This document shows, piece after piece, positions 18,457 to 27,367 of a stretch of DNA of 64,000 bases; the stretch's first letter is position 1; each line of letters begins with the position of its first letter. The stretch comes from an uncultured Bacteroidota bacterium (GTDB taxonomy: Bacteria; Bacteroidota; Bacteroidia; NS11-12g; UBA9320), in assembly GCA_937124965.1 (NCBI GenBank), contig CAKZLB010000067.1, forward strand, positions 171,455 through 235,454. Direction: 5' to 3'. Both the position numbers and the translations under genes were made by a program. The notes under the pieces are model-generated. The model worked only from the letters and a program-made list of their open reading frames with translations. It made no database searches and was not told where the DNA came from.

Positions 18457-20259
18457 TTATCTATTATTTGTTTCCAGCATTTCAATTTTCTTCTCTAAAC
18501 GCTGAATGGTTTCTTGTTGCTCTTTTAAGGCTTGTGTAAGAACAGGAATCAATGCAATATAGTTAACTGCTTTGTATTCCATCTTTTCATCACTTTTAGG
18601 TCCAACCATATGTACTTGATTAGTCACAACTTCAGGAAGCACTTCTTCTAATTCTTGCGCTATGAAACCATATTGCTTTCCTTCAGATAAATTTAACATT
18701 CCAGCGTCTCCATTCTGCTTGTAGTAGTACGTTTTTGGCTGTAGTTTGTTGATTATGTCTGTTGCACTTTCTAAGTTATTAACGTTGTATTTAAGTTTAG
18801 CATCAGATACATTCGTCAAATTTCCAGTATAATTTACATTTCCAATAAAGTACCCAGCATAGTTCGTGCTCGCACTATCTCCAATGGCGAAAACACCATA
18901 ATTCGTATTACTGTTTGCTCTATCAGCCGATGCATAAAGTCCTACGTTAAACGTACTTTCACCTTTGGTTGTTCCAAAAAAGGCGATCGATTGAGAAGTA
19001 GCACCTGCAGGTACCGTACTATATGCTCCAGTATTGTATGCACCATCTCCAGAAGCAGAAGAATAGGTTCCTATCGCTTCTCCAGATGAGCTTATATCGC
19101 CAGTTGCAATATTCATTGCAGCCATGTTAGACCCGCCTCCTTGTCCAAACAAAATTGAACGGTTGGAGATAAATCGGCCACCGGTACCGGATCCGCCAAA
19201 GCAATAATTGTCGGTCATTATAAAGAAAATATTTGCAGTGGATGTAACGCTATCAAAAACAGAGAGCGTGGTATTTGGTGTAGCTGTGTTGATACCAACA
19301 TTTCCACCATTGTTTTTAAAGTAAATATTGTCTCCAGTGGTGTCCCACAATTGTAAGGCGCTTGATCCTCCACCAGAGCTCAAAGTTGCAAAAGTCCACT
19401 CCGACCCATCGAACTGAAGTACTTGATCTTTTATTGGCTTTCCATTGGAAACATCAATATTGTTGAGCTTCGAAGCATTCCAAATCGGATTGTCATAGTT
19501 AGCAAATATTGAATCGTTTTTAATTCCAACACTGGATGTGCCAAAATACTGCTTACTCAAATCTTCAGATGGCGTCCATTCACTACCATCCCATTTAAGT
19601 ATTTCATCGTTTTTAGGGTTTGTGCTTGAAATTGCATTTCCTTGAATTCGGTTTGCGTTCCACAAAGCATCATTCGTTTTGGCTTTAACCTCCGATGAGA
19701 TTATCTCAATTCCAGAACCGGCAGTATAGCTTCCTTGAGCATCTGTACCAGGCTCCCAACTTGTACCGTTCCACTTTAAGACATTTCCTGTAACAGCACC
19801 TGTTGTACTCACATCGGTTAAATCATCTGCCTTTATTTCTATGTTCTTTACCGTTTCGGCCGATTTACTGTGTAAGGCATATGGCACAGATTGAAGTTGG
19901 ACAGTTCCCATTACTACATATCCAGAACCTAGGTCAATTTCAACTTTTAAATGATGTGGGTCTTCATTCCAAGCAATCGCAGAAAAATCGTCAGAGCTCG
20001 AACCTTCACCAACTACCAAATTAAAATGGCCATATTCATTAGTTGTAACGTTATGAGTTTCTTCATAAACCTTTTTTGAGGCGCTTTGACCGGATAAGAT
20101 TATTGTTTTAACTGAAATGGATTTATTTGTAATTAACTCACCAGATGCGTCTCTAGCAACTGCTTGATAATTAATGCCTTCAGGTGTTTGAGAAAAAGTT
20201 TTTGGTGCTAAGCCAAATGTCAAGATGAATACCAATAAATAGTGTACTGTTTTGTTCAT
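18457..20259 (-). CDS. Tail-fibre-like secreted protein with C-terminal peptidase S74 intramolecular chaperone domain
   Basis: It has a signal peptide and three L(K/Q)(W/F)(N/D)G(T/S)xW repeats (VLKWNGTSWEP, ILKWDGSEWTP, VLQFDGSEWTF), then a Gly/Ser/Ala-rich region. The S74 signature follows: SDAKLKYNV..L..INKLQPKTYYYK...YGFIAQELEEVLPEVV...VNYIALIPVLTQALKE, plus a terminal coiled coil. Confidence 0.75.
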   Translation of the reverse strand: MNKTVHYLLVFILTFGLAPKTFSQTPEGINYQAVARDASGELITNKSISVKTIILSGQSASKKVYEETHNVTTNEYGHFNLVVGEGSSSDDFSAIAWNEDPHHLKVEIDLGSGYVVMGTVQLQSVPYALHSKSAETVKNIEIKADDLTDVSTTGAVTGNVLKWNGTSWEPGTDAQGSYTAGSGIEIISSEVKAKTNDALWNANRIQGNAISSTNPKNDEILKWDGSEWTPSEDLSKQYFGTSSVGIKNDSIFANYDNPIWNASKLNNIDVSNGKPIKDQVLQFDGSEWTFATLSSGGGSSALQLWDTTGDNIYFKNNGGNVGINTATPNTTLSVFDSVTSTANIFFIMTDNYCFGGSGTGGRFISNRSILFGQGGGSNMAAMNIATGDISSSGEAIGTYSSASGDGAYNTGAYSTVPAGATSQSIAFFGTTKGESTFNVGLYASADRANSNTNYGVFAIGDSASTNYAGYFIGNVNYTGNLTNVSDAKLKYNVNNLESATDIINKLQPKTYYYKQNGDAGMLNLSEGKQYGFIAQELEEVLPEVVTNQVHMVGPKSDEKMEYKAVNYIALIPVLTQALKEQQETIQRLEKKIEMLETNNR

Positions 20260-20468
20260 GTTTATTTTTTTGGCAAATTACAAACTATTATTTGAGATTC
20301 ACCTTTTGGCAAGAAAAGTGACAAACGTGTATCGAAATCAAATTTTTGTACCCTCTTAGATTGGTTCTTTAGAATCAAACAGCTTCAAAAGCCATGATAA
20401 ATAAAAAACACTTAACCCACCCGAGTAAAGTGAAACTAACCCCTCATTAGGCTACCACCCAATAAAAT

Positions 20469-20570
20469 CTATGCACTGTTCACTAAAAACACTTTCAATT
20501 ATTCACTAAAAACGCTTTCAACTATTCACTAAAACCTATGCACTATTCACTAAAAAACTATCCACTAAAC
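20469..20570 (+). repeat. Cluster of seven CT(A/G)TNCACT 9-mers, five extended to T(T/C)CACTAAA(A/C); candidate regulator-binding array upstream of hppA
   Basis: TTCACTAAAA occurs at 20479, 20502, 20525 and 20546, and TCCACTAAAC at 20561 (spacing 23, 23, 21, 15 bp). CTATGCACT occurs at 20469 and 20536. A -7-like box TATTTTTG lies at 20622-20629 and the ATG is at 20655. Confidence 0.5.
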
Positions 20571-20654
20571 TCCGTATTGATAACTTCTTTTTGGTTAAAC
20601 TCGTTATCTATAATGTTTTTGTATTTTTGCCGCCTTTAAAATTATAGATAACAG

Positions 20655-23093
20655 ATGAGTGAAAATTTAATCTATCTATTGCCAGCCTTTGGTCTAGTCG
20701 GCCTACTGGTAATGTTTGTTAAGTCTAATTGGGTTAATAAACAAGACGCTGGTGATGAAAAAATGCAAAGTCTTGCAGGTCACATTCGAGAAGGAGCACT
20801 TGCTTTCCTGAAAGCTGAGTACAGAATACTTGCCATCTTTGTTGTGGTTGCAGGTGCATTATTAGGTATCTTGTCTCAGTTCGTTGAGTCTACAAGTATC
20901 TTTATTGTAGTGGCGTTCATTTTAGGAGCAATTTTTTCTGCAGTTGCAGGAAATATTGGTATGCGAATCGCTACGGCGGCTAACGTTAGAACAACGCAAG
21001 CGGCCCGTACAAGCTTACCACAAGCACTGAAGGTTTCTTTCACTGGTGGTACAGTTATGGGACTAGGTGTTGCTGGATTAGCAGTGTTAGGTCTAAGTTT
21101 ACTTTTTGTAATCCTTGTAAAAATGTTTGTCACTGAAGGTGGCAATTTTTATACTGAAATGACATTAGTTCTTGAAACTCTAGCAGGTTTCTCACTGGGA
21201 GCTGAGTCTATCGCTTTATTTGCTCGTGTTGGTGGTGGTATTTATACAAAGGCTGCTGACGTTGGAGCGGATTTAGTAGGTAAAGTTGAAGCTGGAATTC
21301 CTGAGGATGACCCGCGTAACCCTGCAACAATTGCAGATAACGTAGGTGATAATGTGGGTGACGTTGCAGGTATGGGAGCTGATTTATTCGGATCATATGT
21401 GGCTACAGTCCTTGCTTCAATGGTATTAGGAAACTACCTTATTAAGGATTTAAACATGGATGGCTCATTTACTGACAATTTCGGTAACATGGGGCCAATC
21501 TTATTGCCAATCTTAATTGCAGGATTAGGAATTTTATTTTCTATCGTAGGTACTTTCTTTATTAAGATTAAGGACAACAATGCTAAAGAACCTGAAGTAC
21601 AGCGTGCACTTAACATGGGTAACTGGTCTTCAATTATCTTAACAGGTATCGCATCTTTCTTTGTAATTAAGTGGATGTTGCCTGATACGCTACAAATGAA
21701 ATTCTTCCAAGAAGGAATGGTGACCTTGTCTTCAATGAATATTTTCTATTCTGTATTAGTTGGACTTGCGGTTGGAGGATTAATTTCTTACTTCACAGAG
21801 TACTATACAGGCTTAGGTAAAAAGCCAGTGTTGGATATCGTTAGAAATTCAAGTACTGGAGCTGGAACAAACATCATTTCAGGATTATCTGTAGGTATGA
21901 TGTCTACTTTTGCTCCAATCATATTGTTTGCTGCTGCAATTTGGGCAGCTTACGCTTTTGCTGGCTTCTATGGAGTTGCTATTGCAGCTTCTGCGATGAT
22001 GGCAACAACTGCCATGCAATTAGCTATTGATGCTTTTGGTCCAATCGCAGATAATGCGGGTGGTATTGCAGAAATGAGTGAATTACCAGACGAAGTACGT
22101 GAGCGTACAGATATTCTTGATTCAGTTGGTAATACTACTGCTGCTATCGGTAAAGGTTTTGCCATTGCATCAGCAGCCTTGACGGCATTAGCATTATTTG
22201 CTGCATATGTAACGTTTACTGGTATAGATGGTATCAACATCTACAAAGCACCAGTATTAGCATCATTGTTCGTTGGAGCTATGATTCCTGTTGTTTTCTC
22301 GGCGTTGGCTATGAAGTCGGTAGGTAAAGCTGCAATGGAAATGGTAAAAGAAGTACGACGACAGTTTAAAGAAATTCCAGGCATTATGGAAGGAACTGGA
22401 ACACCAGAATATGGTAAATGTGTTGAGATTTCTACAAACGCAGCATTAAAAGAAATGATGCTTCCAGGAGCAATCACAATTCTTACTCCTTTGTTGGTTG
22501 GGTTCTTAACAGGATTATTTACTGGTGATTGGATGTTGGCTGCTGAAGTGCTGGGTGGTTATATGGCTGGAGTTTGTGTTAGTGGTGTTCTTTGGGCAAT
22601 CTTCCAAAACAACGCTGGTGGTGCATGGGACAATGCTAAAAAGTCTTTTGAAGCAGGCGTTATGATTGATGGAGAAATGACGTACAAGGGGTCTGAAGCA
22701 CATAAAGCTGCAGTAACAGGTGATACTGTTGGAGATCCGTTTAAAGATACTTCTGGTCCATCAATGAACATCTTAATTAAGTTAACATGCCTTATCGGTT
22801 TAGTAATTGCTCCAATCTTGGCACAATTAGCTGGAAACGATCATGGTTCAAACAACAATTCACACGCAAGTGCTCAAATGGATTGCTGCAAAGACAAAAA
22901 AGCATGCGCAGATTATAACGCAAAAGACTGTGACAAAAAATCTTGTGAAAAAGGTTCTAAAAAATGCCATGGTGACAAAAAAGCGTGTAAAGACAAGGGG
23001 GAGTGTAAAGAAGAATCAGCAAAAGCTGAAGAAACCTCTGAAATTGAGGTCGAGGGAGAAGGTTATGAGGCAGATCCTGCTTTAACAAACTAG
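20655..23093 (+). CDS. hppA: K+-dependent membrane-integral (H+/Na+)-translocating pyrophosphatase with an atypical Cys/Lys-rich C-terminal extension
   Basis: M-PPase signatures are present: GGGIYTKAADVGADLVGKVE, DNVGDNVGDVAGMGADLF and GDTVGDPFKDTSGPSMNILIKL. GNTTAAIGKG carries the Ala of K+-dependent enzymes. At 812 aa it is longer than the roughly 700-730 aa I recall for the family; the extra about 85 aa is the tail. Confidence 0.92.
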   Translation: MSENLIYLLPAFGLVGLLVMFVKSNWVNKQDAGDEKMQSLAGHIREGALAFLKAEYRILAIFVVVAGALLGILSQFVESTSIFIVVAFILGAIFSAVAGNIGMRIATAANVRTTQAARTSLPQALKVSFTGGTVMGLGVAGLAVLGLSLLFVILVKMFVTEGGNFYTEMTLVLETLAGFSLGAESIALFARVGGGIYTKAADVGADLVGKVEAGIPEDDPRNPATIADNVGDNVGDVAGMGADLFGSYVATVLASMVLGNYLIKDLNMDGSFTDNFGNMGPILLPILIAGLGILFSIVGTFFIKIKDNNAKEPEVQRALNMGNWSSIILTGIASFFVIKWMLPDTLQMKFFQEGMVTLSSMNIFYSVLVGLAVGGLISYFTEYYTGLGKKPVLDIVRNSSTGAGTNIISGLSVGMMSTFAPIILFAAAIWAAYAFAGFYGVAIAASAMMATTAMQLAIDAFGPIADNAGGIAEMSELPDEVRERTDILDSVGNTTAAIGKGFAIASAALTALALFAAYVTFTGIDGINIYKAPVLASLFVGAMIPVVFSALAMKSVGKAAMEMVKEVRRQFKEIPGIMEGTGTPEYGKCVEISTNAALKEMMLPGAITILTPLLVGFLTGLFTGDWMLAAEVLGGYMAGVCVSGVLWAIFQNNAGGAWDNAKKSFEAGVMIDGEMTYKGSEAHKAAVTGDTVGDPFKDTSGPSMNILIKLTCLIGLVIAPILAQLAGNDHGSNNNSHASAQMDCCKDKKACADYNAKDCDKKSCEKGSKKCHGDKKACKDKGECKEESAKAEETSEIEVEGEGYEADPALTN

Positions 23094-23115
23094 TTTAACG
23101 AAAAACATTGTATGA

Positions 23116-23143
23116 AGGCTCACAGTTTTGTGGGCCTTTTTTT
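23116..23143. terminator. Bidirectional rho-independent terminator between convergent hppA and the GT39-like gene
   Basis: AGGCTCAC-agtttt-GTGGGCCT forms an 8-bp stem with one U.G, followed by TTTTTTT on the + strand. It overlaps the last codons and stop of the minus-strand gene. Confidence 0.6.
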
Positions 23144-24613
23144 ATGTTTAGTTAATTTCAATCCTTTTACTAAACCAATGGTGATATAAGGTCTTTTATT
23201 GCGTATTTCTATGTGGAATTGATCTTTTAATTGATCCAAAACTTCAGCTTGACAGACAATAATCTCGTCGCCAACTTGAACGTTTTGACTTGGCACAAGT
23301 TCGATGTTCATGCCGTTCATTTGGTATCGATTGACATAAAATTCAACCTGAACGTCATAACCATCATAAACCACATGAGGTGCTTTTAATTCTGAGACTT
23401 TAGTTTCGTTATCTCTTAGAAAATATTCTATAGCATAAAAATCTTTTTCATGTTCAAGTTCTTCAACCCTTGAGACATTTTTGAATACTGTAACGTATGG
23501 AACGCCTATTAATGCAATAACAAGACTTACCTTGTACATGTATTTTATATACTTTCTTAGGTTGAACCTGTTAGTGATCATTTCAATAATCGCATTTATT
23601 TGAACGGCGATTCCAATTGCCAACAACGGGTAAATTGGAGCGTCGTACCATGCAATTTTGCTCTTGGCCGTAGATAATATGAGTAGAAATGTCAGTACAC
23701 ATCCGAAAATGTAAAAGTTGATTTTTTTTAATCGCTGTTCTGATGCAAATATTCCTAAAATCAATGCAGCAAGGGCAGGGAAGATCCAGTAACTATAACG
23801 TTCAGAAAGAATGTTGTCAAAGTAAAACCAAAATGATTCTGAATGATTTTCGATAGATTCAAAGTACCGACCAGCGATTTCATTTTTATATACAGCGGAT
23901 AGATATCCAGGGTTATAATATTCTCGGAGTAAATAGTACCCTAAAACTGGTGCGATAAACAAATACGACTGACGATACAATTCTTTATTTTGAAGCGTTA
24001 TCTTAATCTTCTTTGTGAAAAGTAAATACAATATGACCCCAGGTATAAATAGAAAAACAACAATGCTTTTAGATAATACCGCCAATGCTGCGGATGTGAA
24101 AAACCACTGAAGGTACTTTTTATTTTTTGTCTCTGTATACAGGTAAAAACACAACAAACTTGCAGAAGTAAATAAGGTTAGAAATGCGTCTAAATCACCT
24201 GTTCGAGTCACATGATACGATACAAACCCTAGTGTGCTCACTAAAATTAAAGCGCTAAACGTTCCAGTAAATTCGGAATTGAAATAGATACGTCCGAACC
24301 AAAAAAGTAAAACACAAGTTGCAAGCCCAGCTACTGCGGATGGCAGCCTAATAGCGAATTCTGTCATTCCAAAAAGTTTGATAGAGACTACTTGGCACCA
24401 TATAACCAAAGGTGGTTTCGTGTTCCACATTTCTGGTTTACCGCGAAAATGAGGCACGATAAAGTCTCCATCTTTAATCATTTCTTGTGCATTCACAGCA
24501 TTTCTAGATTCGTCCCATACACGAAGGGGTTGTGCTCCTAAATTTAAAAAGAGAGGCGCTGAAACTGCAAGTATTACACAAATCAAAAGGAGAGTACGTG
24601 CTGCTAGTTTCAT
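23120..24613 (-). CDS. ArnT/PMT-like (GT39/GT83-type) membrane glycosyltransferase
   Basis: 497 aa and multi-TM. The N-terminal loop LRVWDESRNAVNAQEMIKDGDFIVPHFRGKPEMWNTKPPLVIW, with the DE motif, is characteristic of the 4-amino-4-deoxy-L-arabinose / dolichyl-phosphate-mannose transferase superfamily. Confidence 0.78.
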   Translation of the reverse strand: MKLAARTLLLICVILAVSAPLFLNLGAQPLRVWDESRNAVNAQEMIKDGDFIVPHFRGKPEMWNTKPPLVIWCQVVSIKLFGMTEFAIRLPSAVAGLATCVLLFWFGRIYFNSEFTGTFSALILVSTLGFVSYHVTRTGDLDAFLTLFTSASLLCFYLYTETKNKKYLQWFFTSAALAVLSKSIVVFLFIPGVILYLLFTKKIKITLQNKELYRQSYLFIAPVLGYYLLREYYNPGYLSAVYKNEIAGRYFESIENHSESFWFYFDNILSERYSYWIFPALAALILGIFASEQRLKKINFYIFGCVLTFLLILSTAKSKIAWYDAPIYPLLAIGIAVQINAIIEMITNRFNLRKYIKYMYKVSLVIALIGVPYVTVFKNVSRVEELEHEKDFYAIEYFLRDNETKVSELKAPHVVYDGYDVQVEFYVNRYQMNGMNIELVPSQNVQVGDEIIVCQAEVLDQLKDQFHIEIRNKRPYITIGLVKGLKLTKHKKRPTKL

Positions 24614-24745
24614 ATTTTTTTAGATTCAGAGAGTTATTATTCTGGTCTGGAATATAACCGTTTTTAAGGTTTGGCTATTTTACTAAAATTGGCTAAAACA
24701 ATTGTGTGTAAAAATGCAAATCTTTATTATACTTTTGCGGCTTAA

Positions 24746-25519
24746 ATGGCAAGACGATTCTTTCTCATTTTTGTTTCTACATTCCTATTCATAGGGTTAA
24801 ATTCTTTTCATTCTGTAACGAGAAGTATTAACGATTTTGGATATGTTGTTTCCGTATCTATGGACGGTGACGATTTTAACACAGTGAGTGAAGCGTTATT
24901 CGAAGAAATATCGCTTAAGGATCAGCAGTTAAGTAAAACAGTTTTCAAAAAAGCGCTGAAAGGGTATTTGTTTTTGAAATATACCAATGAGCTTTCAAAC
25001 GATCAATTCTTAACCATACTTGATTTCTCTAAACCGAGTAGTGAAAAGCGTCTATGGGTTATTGACCTAAATGGAAAACAAATTGTTTTTAATGAACTAG
25101 TTGCTCACGGAAAATATTCGGGCGACAAGTTTGCTAAGTCATTTTCAAATACTCCTCAGTCAAAAAAGAGTAGCTTAGGTTTTTATGTTACTGGTAGCCC
25201 ATACAATGGCAAACATCGATATTCATTAAAACTTAATGGTCTTGAACCAGGATTTAACAGCAACGCTTTTGCTAGAGGTATCGTAATGCATGGAGCAAAT
25301 TACGTGAGTGAAGAGATTGCAGAAGCTCAGCAATCAGTGGGTAGAAGTTATGGTTGCCCTGCTGTAGGTCAAGATGTAAACAAAGACATTGTAGATTTAA
25401 TCCAAGGCGGGAGCTGTATGTTTATATATCACCCTCAAACCTACTATAACGGAAAATCAAAAATTCTAAACAATAATCAGTTTATTCCTCTCGAATTATT
25501 AAAAGCGTTGATTGAATAA
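24746..25519 (+). CDS. Murein L,D-transpeptidase catalytic-domain family protein (YkuD_2-like)
   Basis: Motifs: FSKPSSEKRLWVIDL, SSLGFYVTG, IVMHGANYVSEE and GRSYGCPAV, the last carrying the catalytic Cys. Confidence 0.8.
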   Translation: MARRFFLIFVSTFLFIGLNSFHSVTRSINDFGYVVSVSMDGDDFNTVSEALFEEISLKDQQLSKTVFKKALKGYLFLKYTNELSNDQFLTILDFSKPSSEKRLWVIDLNGKQIVFNELVAHGKYSGDKFAKSFSNTPQSKKSSLGFYVTGSPYNGKHRYSLKLNGLEPGFNSNAFARGIVMHGANYVSEEIAEAQQSVGRSYGCPAVGQDVNKDIVDLIQGGSCMFIYHPQTYYNGKSKILNNNQFIPLELLKALIE

Positions 25520-25543
25520 AATTCTCAACCTACATTTGATATT

Positions 25544-27337
25544 GTGAAACAACGGATTTTCTTAATATCAATTCTAGTTATTCTGGTAAACAGCTGTAAA
25601 AAGCCAAATCAGGAAAAGCTTAATAGTCTAGTCGAACGTGGGACGTTTGAGCAGTCAGAATTGGTCAAGACAATAGAAGTCAAACTTTCAGACACTGCCT
25701 ATGTCAAACAACTTCGTTTCGCAGATACTCTAATTCACTATTACCAAAACAACGATTTTAAGCCAGTATGGTCCTTGTACATGGTTGATGATTCAATGGC
25801 ACAGCCGATTTTGGACTGGTTTTATGATTGTAGAGAAGAAGGTTTTAAACCAAGTTATTATAAACTCGACAAAATACAGACAATTCTACAAGAACTTAAA
25901 TCAGGGAAAATAGATTCTTTGTATGGCACGCTAGCCGATTTGGAATTGTTGGTTTCCGACAACATGTTGTCGTTGCACCGCGATCGAGTATATGGCCGAA
26001 CAGATCCTCAAGTTGCCCTGAAAGGAGCGTACCATCTGCCTCGCAGAACCTATGAGGATTTCGATTTGTTAGATGTTTTAGACTACAAAGATTATAAAGA
26101 AGTCTTAAATGATGCTTCCATAAAGGACACTGCATATGTTTACTTAAAGGACATGCTTAAACAATACCTAGTCCGCATGGATAGTGGAGAAAAATGGAGC
26201 TTGATTGACACAGTGGGAGTGAGAAAGCTTGAACCGGGAGACACGACTGAATTAATGCCTGCAATTGCTTTAAAACTAAACCAAATACAAGTAATCTCTG
26301 CAGAGGAGGCAAAGGACGCTAATCCAACCATGTACAATAAGGATTTTGCTAAATACGTGCGACGATTCCAACAGCGTTATGGCTTGTATGATGATGCGAT
26401 TTTTGGTCGAAACACTTTTGGATTGTTAAATGAGTCAATCAAGGATCGAATAGATCAAATTGCAGCAAATATGGAGCGTATTCGCTGGTTTAAAGAGCCT
26501 GAAGAAACGCCTTATGTGACCGTAAACATACCTGCTTTCGAATTGACGCTGCATTATGAAGATAGTGTTCAAACAATGGCAGTGTGCGTGGGTAAACCAC
26601 GTAAATACGATTACGACGAAAAGTTAGAAAAAGCAGAAAAGGAAGGTAAATATTGGTTGAAACCATCGGATCATGAAACGCCACAGATTTACAGTAAAAT
26701 CGCATACATGGTAGTGAATCCAACATGGAATGTTCCGCGCAGTATTATTACAAGAGAAATGTGGTGGAAGATGAAAACGGATTCTCATTATTTAGCGAAT
26801 GCAGGATATGGCGTTTTTTATAAAAAGCGAGAAGTTCGATCTGATACAATAAACTGGCGGAAGTATACACCAAGTAAAATACCATTTGAAATTATTCAAA
26901 AATCTGGGGATGATAATGCATTAGGAAGAGTCAAGTTTATTTTTCCAAATCGATATAGTATTTATTTACATGACACTCCACAAAAGTCGAAATTTAGATG
27001 GACAGGCCGAGCAGTTAGCCATGGTTGTGTTCGTGTAGAAGATCCGGTTTTATTAGGAGAGTTTGTTTCGTTGGGCGTCGATACTATGGATTCTGATGAT
27101 TTTAGAGTTCATATGGGGTACGAACCTCGAGATTCAGTTAGACTTGAAGAATATGACCCCCTGGACTCGACTGCACGCATCCAACCAATAGAGGATACGC
27201 GTATCATCCGATTGAATAAACAAATGCCCGTTTTCTTTTTATACAACACAATTTGGTTTGATAAAGAATGGAAGCCACAGTACAGAAATGATGTTTATGA
27301 TAAAAATAAATTGATAATTGCTGCGATGAGTTTCTAA
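25544..27337 (+). CDS. L,D-transpeptidase (YcbB-like) with peptidoglycan-binding domain
   Basis: GTG start with lipoprotein signal (LVNSC). A PG_binding_1-like segment (VRRFQQRYGLYDDAIFGRNTFGLLN) is present. The YkuD catalytic motif is IYLHDTPQKSKFRWTGRAVSHGCVRVEDP. Confidence 0.85.
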   Translation: MKQRIFLISILVILVNSCKKPNQEKLNSLVERGTFEQSELVKTIEVKLSDTAYVKQLRFADTLIHYYQNNDFKPVWSLYMVDDSMAQPILDWFYDCREEGFKPSYYKLDKIQTILQELKSGKIDSLYGTLADLELLVSDNMLSLHRDRVYGRTDPQVALKGAYHLPRRTYEDFDLLDVLDYKDYKEVLNDASIKDTAYVYLKDMLKQYLVRMDSGEKWSLIDTVGVRKLEPGDTTELMPAIALKLNQIQVISAEEAKDANPTMYNKDFAKYVRRFQQRYGLYDDAIFGRNTFGLLNESIKDRIDQIAANMERIRWFKEPEETPYVTVNIPAFELTLHYEDSVQTMAVCVGKPRKYDYDEKLEKAEKEGKYWLKPSDHETPQIYSKIAYMVVNPTWNVPRSIITREMWWKMKTDSHYLANAGYGVFYKKREVRSDTINWRKYTPSKIPFEIIQKSGDDNALGRVKFIFPNRYSIYLHDTPQKSKFRWTGRAVSHGCVRVEDPVLLGEFVSLGVDTMDSDDFRVHMGYEPRDSVRLEEYDPLDSTARIQPIEDTRIIRLNKQMPVFFLYNTIWFDKEWKPQYRNDVYDKNKLIIAAMSF

Positions 27338-27367
27338 ATATTCGATATTTGAGGCACAGATTGTTCA

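Noticed and set aside
18457-20259. A prophage remnant, inferred from the tail-fibre / S74 chaperone domain
   Set aside because: No integrase, terminase, capsid, portal, baseplate or lysis genes occur anywhere in the window. The protein has a Sec signal and sits among cell-envelope genes.
20876-22771. Seven antisense or alternate-frame ORFs (60-90 aa) inside hppA, and the + strand ORF 22843-23085
   Set aside because: They lie wholly within a strongly supported conserved gene and translate to low-complexity Ala/Pro/Thr-rich strings typical of shadow ORFs. The same reasoning applies to the short ORFs nested in the cyclase, cox, tkt, exb and FAD-oxidoreductase genes, for example 6519-7175, 34530-34868, 41399-41725 and 62119-63016.
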